From Utricularia gibba (Eukaryota; Plantae; Magnoliophyta), in assembly GCA_002189035.1 (NCBI GenBank), contig CM007990.1, forward strand, positions 5,394,001-5,458,000: a stretch of DNA of 64,000 nucleotides, in the 5' to 3' direction. This document shows positions 25,719-41,726 of the stretch, piece by piece. Numbering within the stretch: the first letter of the stretch is position 1; each line of letters opens with the position of its first letter. A model generated the notes under the pieces. It was not told the DNA's origin. It saw nothing but the letters and a program-made list of their open reading frames with translations, and ran no database searches. The position numbers and the translations under genes are program-made.

Positions 25719-26407
25719 CTAGTAGCAACAACCGGCGGCCATGGCCGCTGCGGAGAAATCTGGATTCCGGGAGGAGTGATCCTCTTCAGGCTGAGCCGGC
25801 AAGTTGAGATCCAATAAGAGGACAATTTCCGGCTCCTTCCCATCGGAGGATACCTCGTGTTTTAGGCCGGAGCTAGTAGTTTTACTGGTGGTGCCCGGCG
25901 GCGGTCGGTGCCGTCTCATATGACCCCTAGCGCTTGACCAGACGCGAACTCCGATCCACAGATTAGGCACTCGTGACTTTTGGATGCTCTGGAGAGGTGA
26001 TCGTTGAGCTTCACGAACCTCTCTTCGGACGCCTTATTCCGATCAGTCTCCCCACGTTGTTCCGCTGCTTTTTGTGGCTGGTCCGGTGGCCGCCCAACGC
26101 CTGCGATGACGGGAAGTTTCGGAAACACGTCTTGCACTCGAATCTCCCCCCTCCGACGACGTCCATTCCCGCAGCCGGCACAGCACCTACCAGAACAAAC
26201 CCAAATAAACAACACATATCCATTAAAATCCCAGCTTTCTACACAATACCATGAGCCAGGAGCATCAAGCACTTGGCCATATCCTCATCCTCCGACCCCA
26301 CAAAACCCCCCTCCCCCGCTGCTGGTGGACCCAGAGCTCGCCGGCGGACGGTGGGCGCGCTTCCCCTTGACGATAACGAGGCCGTCGGAAGCCGACAGGT
26401 ACTCCAT
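25719..26407 (-). CDS. Two-finger C2H2 zinc-finger EAR repressor (ZAT5-like); three frameshifts in this sequence and one 63-nt intron
   Basis: [66 protein letters not shown] and EAR motif LDLNL lie in different frames. The switches fall at G runs 26306-26317, 26050-26053 and 25924-25927. Confidence 0.85.
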
Positions 26408-27446
26408 CTTTTAGGTACGAGTTAGAAAAGGGGAAAGTGAGAAGAAACCCCAGCGCAGCGCAGCCAACAACACTGAGTTGTGAGTGATAGACAGTGTAGA
26501 TGTGAGGACTTTAAAAAACACACACACCCATCCACAATTATCACTCTCCCCAATTTTTTTATACCTAAAAAACAATTTACCTACTTATTTAATATTTTTA
26601 TATTCAAAAAATACGAAACACTTGCAACAGGAGTGAGGAGTGGGCGTAGGAAGTGATAAAAATGGAGGTTGTACCAAATTGCATACAACAAACACACACA
26701 CATCCATGTGTGTGAAAGCCATGGCTAGCTGTTGGGAGTGACGAAGACTCTTTGCCCAACACCAATAACACTTGTGAGTCGTGACTTGTCAATTTGTTTA
26801 TCAACTCCCATGTGCTCGTACCGCACTCCCCATCTTCCTAACTTTTGCTTCACATCACATATAAATGCTGCTTGCAAATTAGGCCACTTACTCTTAGGAG
26901 GGGGACTTTTCCAATCCTCCATGATATCCATATCCAGTGCTAACAAGTCATCTGTCTCTGCGCTGTGACATGTCTCTTGGCAAACTTGTGTCTGCATGGA
27001 AGCAAACGCATCTTCTAACATGGGGTTGTGTGAGTGGATTTTCTGAGTGTTCCCTCCCATCTGTGTTTTTCTGACAAAAAAGGGGTTGAAGGGGTAAGCG
27101 TGGATGTGCAGCAACAGCACACATGATATTCAGGTTGCTAGTCGTGGGAGTTAGGTGGTCCGAACTCCCATTTATGCTTCTTACACCATCTACAGCTCTT
27201 ACTGATCTTTCACTTACAACGGCTGCATGTTAATGTTAGAACGGTTTGGTTATCGTCTTTGTCCTTACATGAATACACGATGTGTCTGAGTAAATAATAC
27301 TTGGCTCATTCTTGATCTCTTGGTTTCTGAAGTCATGAGAGAGCTAAGGGAGACTGATATCATACAAATAATCTAACAAGGGAACTAGGTACACTGGAAT
27401 CTAGAGTTTTATGTGATGTTAAGTAGACCCTTCTTGGAGAGACGTC

Positions 27447-29547
27447 TCAGTCCTCGTGCAATACTTTTGACTGTATTATGACTCGAGCACCGGAAGCAAG
27501 CCTGTTGCAGCAAGGGAAAGTGAGGATCAGACGCAAGGTTAAGAAGAAGAAGCTTGAGCAATAGCAATGGTGAATGAGAGGAGTCTGAGATTTTAACTTT
27601 CTTCAATCTTGATGACGTTTCCCTCATCATCTCTTCCGGTGTCTGCTTTGATAGGAGACTTTTTTGCCAGCATCAATCCCGACATTCGTTTGCTCCCACC
27701 AGCAGGCGTACTGGGTGCAGTGACTCTGTCGGAGGAAACTCTTGGGACATCGGAAGCGGGAGATCTCAGGGACTCACACCTTGGCTGCCTGCTTAGAGAG
27801 GCCTTGATTGCTCTGGGGATGCACTTTGCCCTGGTGGAGTTGCCCTCTTCCTTGAGTTCAAGAGAACCAAGCTTTTCAGCGCTTCTGCAGATGATGAAGC
27901 AATTAAGCTTCACTAACTTTTAGCAGTAGAGTTTCAAGAGGGAGAATTCACTAACCTTTCAGCATCAAACGAAGAAGACCTTTTCAGGCTGGGTATTCCC
28001 TCTTTGCGCATGCTCGTTTCAATTAAGCTCCCACTAAAGTACTCTTTGTCTTCGACGTTAACTCTCATCAAGCGTGGATTCTCCATCAGGCGATCAAGGT
28101 CTCCCATCATCAGAGACGTGGAGAACATTGGGGATGAAAGCTTTGAGCTGGAGAACCTCGGTTTGTATGTGGGAACCAATCCAAAACTTTGATCCTTCAC
28201 AGATATTGATCCACAGGAAATAAGCTGCAGAATCATATTCGACGCCTTGACCCTTACATTAGATGATGGAATCTGAAACTCCTCCTCTTCAAGAATTCTA
28301 AAGCTATTGAGCTTCTTGGCATCAGCTCGAATCAGAGATTCTAAAGTATCAGTTCTTCCACTTGATGAAGAAGCACTAGATGTAGATTGAGGGGTCAAAA
28401 CATAGTCTCTGGATACATCTTGAGTTGTCTTCACCCGAGGTGTTTGAGCTAAGTGAGTGCTCCTGTTGCCAACATCCAACAGCCCATCATCAGTCAAAAC
28501 ACCTCTTTGATTTCTATCGGATCTGCTGCTGACATTATCCTCAGTTTGTGTTGAGGCATCAGCAAGACCATCATTCTTGTACACCTTATACTCTGTAAGG
28601 CTCAAAGAACCATTCCAGGAAGAATTTTTTCCATCTGAGGATAGATTTGACGAGCATGGGCGTTGATCCGGAGGAGACAATTCATCATCATTAGAAGTCT
28701 TAGTCATTATTCCATTCAAACTTGATGAAGATGATGACTCATTGTGGCTTCTTGCTGAGGGTGGCTCCGGGAGGGTCTTCTGTTTTTGTAATATGACAGT
28801 ATCAGGACATAAGTGACCTGGAAAAACAAGAACCACTAAAATGAGCTTCTGGATCCATTGCACTTGTCATTATACTGACTCAATACAGGACACCATGAAC
28901 TCCCTGGTTTTGACTTGTCGCTGTATCCTTAAACTCAAAGATGGTGAATGAATTACCAGAGTTGGAATCTTCAAAGAGCTCTGAACCCTTGAGAACATAT
29001 TCTGTGCCATGAGCCGGAAGAATTAAATCGTCATCGCAAAGATCATGCCACACAAATCCATTCTTATAATTCCTGCATCCAGAAATGACCCTCTCAATGT
29101 TCAACTTTTCATGCTACAAGCCAAGGTATTGAAGTTTAAATTTTTGAAGGCATTTTCACCTTTTGCAAGACCAGGAGTACATCATAGCCATTCCTCTACC
29201 CCTTAGAACACTAAGTCTTTCAATGACATCTTCAGATGGCACAAGGAAACGTAGAGATTCAATACAAGAAATTTATTATGATATACAGATAGACGCACCA
29301 AGTAAAGTTTCATTGCAGTACCTCTAAGGTATAGGCCATCACCAGAAGAAAGGGGCACTTCCATGAAATGGGGGTGCTCAAGTTGTCTGTTTCGGCATAG
29401 ATAGTAAACAACTGGAACCTTACCGCTTTTCTTCTGCTGCTGTTGATGAATATAGTTACGATTGTAGCGATATTTGGGTGATTTTTCTCTCCAAACTTTG
29501 GCTCTCTCAGGGCTCACTTGCGTGTAATTCTTCACTCTCCCCTCCAT
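27447..29547 (-). CDS. SOSEKI (DUF966, DIX-like) polarity protein, SOK3-like
   Basis: [19 protein letters not shown]; [22 protein letters not shown]; [28 protein letters not shown]; [12 protein letters not shown]; last exon [17 protein letters not shown]. Confidence 0.92.
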
Positions 29548-31901
29548 TTCTCTGAACCCTTCAAAATCTTTGGCCAACAGCAGGGAATTCCCAACTACCA
29601 GATACCTTCAGAAATCCTACGTGAGAAAATTGTACCGCATATTCAAAAAATGTAGAAGCAGAGGCTGCCAAACATTCAAGTCTCTCGAAACCCCCATAAA
29701 TCCAACATTAAAAAAAATCAAAACCTTTCAGGCAATGCGACCAACAACTCATATTTTAAAAGGTAAAACAGATCTGGGTGCGAAGCTTATACAAGTATAC
29801 GACTCTGAAGTCACAAAGATGACACGCAAGAATGAAGCTATCGATCCTTCTCCCATTTTATACCAAGGATTTATACACACGAGAGTTGAACTAAAACATA
29901 ACAGAGAATAAATGCAAAATCTGACAAAGAAGCCTACGAAACGATAAAAGACTAAAAATGTATCACAGAGGGTCCCCGAAATTAAAACCAGTCACCAAGA
30001 TCAAAGGGATAACCAACCAGATACTAAAAGAAGACTTTTTGCTGCATTGCAGCTATCAGTTCCACTGTGTCTCAGCTGGAGAGCAGTGCTCCGGGAAGAG
30101 CAAAGCAAGCGCAGACTTTAAAAAGAAAAGGAGAGAGAGAGAATGAACGTGGAAGAAGAAGAAGAAGATGTAGAGAAAAACGGTGAGTTAATTGCGAGAT
30201 CGATTTTTCGCCACTTTTCCCGGAAAAGCCATGGATCGTTTGGACCTTACAGAATCTTGTACTGTATGGGTTTTGTCTTCACGGGATCCCTCATTGTTTG
30301 CTACCGAAGCACAGCCTTCGTTCCGTCGAGATCACATCCCTCCCCTCCGGTTCCCATCTCCAGGCCTGCCTGCGCATCGTTCCCAAGTCTGGCTCTGCGC
30401 AGCTGTCGCCGCATCTTGAAGAAATTTAAAGTTTGAACCCACGAAATATCAAAAAATCACTTTTTTGACCTCGTTGATGTTGTTCCTCGTATTAAATCAG
30501 CCCGCCCGTGCCAGTTGCCACCCTCCCATAGTCCAATTACTATTCCATAAGACGTGTGTTAGCAGGGTCACGTGGGGCAGGGCACAGTGACCCTGTCGGG
30601 GCAGATTTGAGAATAAGGGAAACTACAGGGGGGTGAATGCAATTGAAAAGGGGGGGATTTCGAATTTTGAACTGGGGGCCATTGACCCCATTTATTAGGG
30701 TCCTTTTCAGGGCATTTATGGGAAGAAAGAGTTGGATCGCCTCGCCGGCCTCACCTACGGGACGGGTGGGTAGTCCAGTCCAGGCAGCCCAGCCCCAGTA
30801 CTCCACTTCACTTCTTACCACAAATTTGTAGGAATGAAGAAAATATTATTTATGTAAATATTTTATAAAATCATATGTTTATTGCATAACATGTCTATCA
30901 AACAATAGTAATTCTTAATATACCCTTGTTTGAAATTGCAAATTCACGTATTTGATACGATATATGAAAGCATCATCCCCATGTGCCCAATCTTGTTTCA
31001 GCATGGGTTCGTATGGTGATCTAACGCTGCAACACAAAGGAGGCGCTTGCCAATTCAACTTTCAAGGTCGTGTATATCAATATAGCTTCAAAATTGGGTG
31101 ACCCCATTCAATAAGAGAATCCAACTTTAAATACACTAGAATCTCAATCCCAATATCTCGAGACAAAGTGTTGAAATCAAATATCAAATAGATCAAAAAA
31201 ATATAAGTATATTAAAAATATGAATCACATCCATAAAAAATTATGGTTAACTAATTATTAGTTATTTGTATAATTTTATATATTTAATCATTTCAATTTG
31301 GTATTATGTATTCTAATATAAAGGTGTCTTGCGCTTTGCTATAGGGACCTCAACAACAATCCAATTAATTTTTCTCCATTTTTTGGATTATATCTGGTTC
31401 ACTTGGCAATAAGAATTTTTTTGTCGAAATTGCGACAACTGCCACGTGTCACCGCACTGGGGGTTTTGGACAGCGGTGTCGTGTCCTCGCTCACACACGC
31501 ATGGGAACGATCTCCGGTCAGGTCAAGGTTATTATTATGGAATTTTCATTTTATTTTATAATGACCCTTAAAATTTTGCTATTGGATTAATTGAGGTAAC
31601 CGAATTGGGAATATTCTTTCTAATTTTTTGTTACGTGGTTTTATTTTATTTTATGAAATGTTAAAAATTAATTATAAATAGGGGTTAGTCGGCGTATTCA
31701 ATTATTTCGTTTTCAAAATTGAAATTGAATAAAAACTATGCCCGTTAATGAGGATTTGTTAGGCCTGAAGCCCAGTTAAGTTATACAGGCTTACTAATTT
31801 TCAGCCCAGTTAAAGACGTTTATTGCCTTTCTTTTTTTCCTTTTTCTTGTTCCAACCGCCTTCTCCACCGTTCTTCCTCCCTCTCTGTCATCGCCGACGA
31901 G

Positions 31902-35206
<3,305 letters not shown>

Positions 35207-35583
35207 AAACTCTTTCACAAGGGGTTCACAGCTAGCCTTCCAACATCATCATACGACCGATCCGATACTCTCAGGTCACACTCCTCCATCATCATTCAAC
35301 CGGAATGGGTGGAGAAGGCTTTGGCTGCTAGTTTTTGTTGGTGACTTATACTGCAGCTGAATCAAGTTCAATGTACAGGATGGGCTTTTGTACACGCTTA
35401 CAAGACTAAAGACTCAATTTTGAGGATGGGTATAAACATGCAATAGAAACCAGCTGCTTCATTTAGCTTCTGTTGGTACCTCAAGAAAATAAAAAGAGGA
35501 GAAGATCTCCGGGAAAAGACGAAAGCTGTGCTGAGTTCTAACCAAAAGCCTCGAAATAACTAGTGCGTTAAGTGATACACTTC

Positions 35584-38500
35584 CTACCTCAAGGTGGGAA
35601 TGCTCTGAGACCTCTTTCTGAACCTATGGTTCCCGGCATTCGCCACTCTCTCGCTCTTTCCTCTAAGGGGGCCGCCGGAGAAGGCACGCATCAACAATGA
35701 CTCCGACAGCGGCTCGCTTCTTGGTGTTAAAACCTCATCCGCACCTTGTCCTTGGGGATCTCTGTTGAAACCATTTTGAATCGGGAATGAGGGAACCTTT
35801 GGGTTCTTTTTTATCCCATCATCGTCGTCGTCAGTGGCATAGCCACTACCGGGGCCGTCTTGCATTGCAAGATCGTCATACTCCTCATCTGATTTGGTGA
35901 ATTCTTCATCCACAGAACCTTCGGACTGAAAATACCGAGAGATGCAGAGCAGTCAGAACAGGTGTGAAATGAGACGGCTATGTTACTGATGCAGCAGCAG
36001 TGATGTAGGCCTTTACCTCGTGGTGGAGCTGCAACTCTCCATCGCTGTGATCCTCATCCGTGTCTGATTCCAAGGGCTCGTCAATCTCATCATCGCTTCC
36101 GTGCACCGAAAGCTCTTCCTTCAGCTGTTAAAGCAAGAACACAAAACTGTGGAAGACGTCTATTTAAACAAGGAATGCAAGGTGTTCTCTTGATCAGATG
36201 ATAAACTAGACAACAAGGTGAATCGAGTGACATGAATGCAACCAAAGTTTACCTCTTTTGCAGGCCCATCGGAGAACCTAGGGGAGCTGCAGCAGGATGA
36301 GAAGTATCTGCTGCCATTGTCAGTCAGTTCGCCTCTTGACTCATTGAAGCTGCTGGCATAGCTTGTTCCCCAGTGTCATCAGGCCAAGCACTGATCCCGA
36401 AGCGACCGAACTGCAGGTTGACCGGCTCTGCTTTACTGATCTTGAGAGGTCCGTACATCGGTGCTCCAATTCCGCTCAGAGCAGAATTGCCCAAAACAAT
36501 GCCTCCATTTCCATTGATGTTATCAACTGGCCAAGCTTTTGCCACAGAACCATCATTGTTGAGAATTGCCATCAAATGCCTGTTAGAACCTTGCCTTTGG
36601 ATTAACTGAAGCATTCCCTTGGAATTCAATGAATTGGCTGAGCATTGGTTCCGGTATTCATCATGGACAACAGAAACAGTGTTTGTAACTGGATCATACA
36701 GATGTTCTCCAGCTTCACGCCTTCTGAGACAGCTGAATACAGTAGCATGAATTGCTGCCACACTTTTATCAACATTTGTGTTATTCACCGTTGGAACCAA
36801 ATGCTTTTCCGCTTGCTTGCAGAGATATTCCTGAATGGTTCTTATGTTTCTTATGTACTTAACATACTTATTCCTTGCAGGGTCCAGTGTCATGTACTTG
36901 GCACGAACTGCAAACCTTTCCAAGTGTTTGTCTTCATTAGCGATATAAATCATGAATGGAATTATTGAAGGATGTTTCTTCATGAGTCCCATCTGCATCA
37001 CATTGAAAAAGATGAGGAAAAGGAATCCAAGTTACACTTATCAGATGAAATGGGAATGAAATGTACCACAAAATTGAGGCTCAAATGAACTCCCTCCACC
37101 ACAACTGATTCTTTACGTTCTTCCCATGCTGTTACTAATCGATCCAGGCTGTCTATCACCATCTCACTCTGTGCCTTGAATCCTTCTATTGCCATCTGCT
37201 TCGAACTAACCAAATCACCAGTGTTTGAACAACCCTCTGATTTTCCAGCTTCAGAACTACTAAGAGGTTCATCCTTAGCTAGCGAGGTGGAAGCAACACC
37301 AGATGATTTCTTAGCTCTTCTTCTGGCCTTTGCTTCTGCAACAGCAGAAGGATCTAAACATTCCCCAGCGTGGTAAGTTGAAGCCCAAAGCAATGGATTA
37401 TCTACTTCATCAACAAAGCTCCGCATCATATGACGAATTGAGTCAGTAGATATTATTGTAGTAACGCCTAATCTGCATCCCTGCAATAATAATTCATGAT
37501 ACTGAAATCATGATGGCTGTTTGCAAAAATGAAGAGTTCAGATCCGTAACACCAAAAAAAAGGAGCCAGCAAAGTGATATGTGGTTCATGTTACAGACCA
37601 GCAAAGCAGACAACGTAGATTTCCCGCAGCCACTTGCACCACAGAGTAGAACTGTCACAGATTCCTTTCTTTCCCGGATCCTGAAAAAAAGGAAGCAGTG
37701 TAGGAACTATGTGAAACAGATAGAGACAAAAAAAAATGAACTTCACAGGCACAAACCATTACCAAGGAAAGATGTTATCCATTAAAGTACCTCACAGGAA
37801 TATACATTTTCTTAGATTTAAAAATGCCATCTCAACTGCCTTGCGATTCCAACTATACCTGCATGCCAATACGAGGTCAGATCTCTGATTTGGCCCCAGA
37901 TACTTGTACTCTGAAAGAGCTTCACAAACAACATCAAGAAATTTTTTTCTGCCAACTACAAGTGTTGTTCGTCTTTTATACACTTCAAAAGTTTTGGACT
38001 TGGTCTCATCATCCACGATATATGATTCGAGAGAATCTTTATTCAAACGTGCATTGTGATGCTGTCCAGACTCCCTTTTAGGATATACATCAACATCCTC
38101 TGACGAAACCCCTGAGCAATCTGAAGCCAACTTCTCCATGCAGTATCCAGATTTCATCATCTCGAATACCCTTTGGCTCACCTGGGAAGGACGAATGTCG
38201 GTAAGCAAAATCAAGATAAAAGATTCAGTAAACCAAGCAATTGACCTTTGTGTAAAACCAGTTTTGAAGACAATGTACCCAATTTAACTTTCCATCTTAT
38301 TTTGAATGAAAACTTAGCCAAAAGATAAGCAGATAGAGAACAATATGACTTTCTCACGGTGGATGACATGTAAGCCAAAAGAGAATATAGTTTCCCTCTC
38401 CCTCACGAAACAAAAAAAAAAAAAAAAAACAACAGACACAACAAAACTTAATGAACAAAGTTCTCGGAAGGATTGAAAAATAGGACCTTGAAGGCATGAC

Positions 38501-38657
38501 GAGCCTTGCAGCCGATAAGCTGCAGAGTGCTCTGGAGGACAGAGCGCGTGTATCGAAACCCGGGAAAGTCCTCTCTCTCCATCATCAAACCCATGTCCTC
38601 ATCATGATCCACCACCATTACGTAGAGCAGTTTCGCCACTCCATCCATCCCGGCCAT
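35584..38657 (-). CDS. LPA1: P-loop NTPase / 2-phosphoglycerate kinase-like protein (LPA1 homologue); one frameshift at 36368-36371
   Basis: [24 protein letters not shown]; Walker [11 protein letters not shown]; [16 protein letters not shown]; acidic C-terminal region. Confidence 0.88.
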
Positions 38658-39867
38658 CTATGAAACGGATCAATTGAAATCAAAGGAACCCCTAATCAAT
38701 CAGTGACCCAAATCGAAACAAAAACAATGTAGGTTTCCAAACGCGGAAATCGCCAAATGGGGATGGAGAAAGGAGCCCGGGTCTAGAGCTGATGAATCAA
38801 ATAAAAGGCGAGCGTAGTGTATGAGAATAAAGGACGGGGAGAATCAAGGGTTAAAAAATAAGCCAAGGCTCCATTCCCGAGTCAATGTGTCCACCCCCAC
38901 CGCCATCGGCTTCCACGAATCACACCTCAGGACCTCCACGACGATCTTCGATGTTCTCCGCCGCCGCGTCAATCACCGATCCAACTCCATCCACCCGCTA
39001 AACCGATATTTATGGAACGGGAAAAAATAAAAAAACCAAATACCGAAAAAAAAACGTTTTCTTTGTTTTTTTATATAACTTTTTTAGTTCCAAAAAATAA
39101 TATTTTTTATTTTCAAATATTTTAAAATATAATTAATAATTATGAAACCCAATTCAAAAAAAATTATTCAAATCAAATTCATTACTAAACCCAATTAAAA
39201 CGAGTGTAATGGCAAAACCGTGATTACACACATCGAACATTAGTGGACAATTATCAATGTACCCAAGTTGCCTCCCAAATGTCATTCTTCAAATTCATTT
39301 TTAAAAAAATGTCGTATCAATCCACAAGTTCCTCATAATTTCAATTTTGGATATATTAATGAAAATTACACCTTTGACCTTACATCTCGCCTTGTTTACC
39401 AAGAAATAACATATATTCTCCTTATGTGTAAGATTTATCTATTTAAGAACATTATTTTCTCGATTCATAATCAATATGATATATCATCATCAAATTATTA
39501 ACATTACATTAGTTAGGAGGTCTTAATTCTGGCATCGTGAGAACACGAGCCCTAGGAATCTTCCTCATGTTTCCAAGCCCTTCACGTTAGATTCTCCCGA
39601 TGGTTGGTCAAAAAAAGATTCTTCGGACCGGTCATAATTGATGGTCGTTTTCCCTTTGGATTCTAATATCATTAATATTCTTCTTCTCCAAGACAAAAAA
39701 AAAAAAAGAAAAAAAATCAATATCTGCTTCGCCGCATCTTTGCTTGTCAAGTTGGATCAGACACGTTGTTAAGTTGCGTTTATAGTACGGTAGTTTAATT
39801 AATTATATATTTATTCAGATAAATATACGTTATATTATTATAATTGAAAGTATATTTAATATGTGTG

Positions 39868-39886
39868 TATATATATATATATATAT
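39868..39886. repeat. (TA)n microsatellite
   Basis: About 9-10 TA units in AT-rich intergenic DNA. Confidence 0.9.
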
Positions 39887-41216
39887 CATAATTATTAATT
39901 TAAAAGATTATTATATTTAGTATATGTGTTTAGAATACATACAAAAAATTATTGGATTAATAAAATTCACCTAAGATAATAGTTTTGAAAAACATACGTA
40001 AAAACTTTATGTAAATGTTTTATAAAATATATATTAAATAATACCTCTATAAAATAAATATATTCATATTTAAAAATAAAACCCGCTTATCAAATTGGGA
40101 TGATCGAACTGTAGCCAATGCCCAATCTGAAGTTTCAGCCATGGCCCATGTCAAAAGTGTCTTCTGGTTCGGACCAAAATTACTGGGGCTTCCAACCACC
40201 ATATCCTGTGTTACACAACAATCAAAAACACCCATGGAGTTAAGATTCTGATAAATTAGGGTATATCAGACTAAAAATAAAACCCACAATAACAACCCCT
40301 ATGCTAAGTCTTGCTGTTTTTAAGTTGTTGATTATATAAAAAAATTACGGATAACTAGTAATTAATTGAATTTAATTTTTTCTAACGTAATTTATATTTA
40401 TTATGTATTTAATTTAACTTGTACTCACCCATCGTATAGAATACTAAATTTCAACAGTTGTATGGTGCATGAAGCGTCGGTGTCCATTTCCGGCAAGAGG
40501 GGAGACTCGTTATCCGTGTCGGGCTGGGTTCCCGAGTCGCGATAGTATGACATATGAGCCCGCGTTCATTGCATTACCAGTCTCTATCCAATCCAAATTT
40601 CAGCGAAACTACCAGTTAAGCATCAATACCATATGACCTGGGAGGCCTTGTGACTTGTTCAAACGACACGGATTCATTGAACCAAACGGTAATATCAAAT
40701 GTGTTGTCGGAATCTGTAGAAATAATACTCATTTTCTGCGAAAATTCTGAAAGCTGTGTAAGAAAAAAGGAAAAGGGAGACCTTTTTTCTTCACAGATGC
40801 CTGATTCTTCTTTAGTGGTTCCAAGAGAGCCACGTAAGAGTTTCATTGCAGTGATTTAGTAGTTTCAGTGTATGGATGAATGAATTATGGGAATCTGTAG
40901 AGTATGAAACAGATGGGATTGTCGGTGCATTTGGATCAGATCAGAATCACCTGTAGATCATCCTATCAACGTCTGACAAGGAAAGAGGAGCCGGCGCCTG
41001 GTGCTACAGTTGGGATTCGGCCTGGAAATATTTTATAATCCCCCGTTGCAGGAGTTCGAATCAGGATGGTGCTCGTTGAATGTGATTGACAGGTAAGATG
41101 CTGAATTTCTGGAGGTCTCAACTCCGATAACCCAGTCGGCAAGGCAAGAAAGTTGGCATTCTACCTCTATATAAGTGGCCATATATTCCCCAACGAAACA
41201 AGTATCCAAATCAGAG

Positions 41217-41726
41217 ATGGAGAATCACCGTGCTTTCCTTCGTGTCTTGGTTTCTCTCTGTGTTTTCTTCCTGCCCCGTTCAGCCGCCGCGGACGATTGC
41301 CGATCCTCCGGGACGTTGAAGTGTGGTAAAAACTCATACCCAACGTACTCATGCTCCCCGCCAGTAACCGCATCCACTCCGGACAAGCTGACGCTGAACA
41401 GCTTCGAGAAAGGTGGAGACGGAGGGGGTCCGTCGGAGTGTGATGATAATTATCATAGCAACAAAGAACACGTAGTGGCGCTGTCTACCGGTTAGTACGC
41501 CGGAGGTAATCGATGCTTCAAAACGATCAAGATCAACGCCAAGAACGGCCGAAGCACCACCGCAAAGGTAGTGGACGAGTGTGACTCACAACAAGGGTGC
41601 GACGCCGAGCACGACTATCAACCGCCGTGCCGCAATAACATCGTCGATGCCTCCGCCGCCGTTTGGGACGCTCTGGGGCTGGACAAAAACGTAAGCGTGG
41701 TGGACATCACCCGGCCACCAATCTAG
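41217..41726 (+). pseudogene. Kiwellin / ripening-related protein-like gene with an in-frame stop at 41493-41495
   Basis: Signal peptide; [46 protein letters not shown] and [11 protein letters not shown]. The conserved TGG (Trp) appears as TAG. TATA at about 41168. Confidence 0.8.

Noticed and set aside
26725-27120. 131-aa minus-strand ORF upstream of the ZAT5-like gene
   Set aside because: Non-ATG start and no motif; the region looks like promoter DNA.
28922-28930. GTATCCTT matches here and near 1133, 20555 and 32460 as possible U12 donors
   Set aside because: They are on the wrong strand, mid-intron or in coding sequence, with no branch-point partner.
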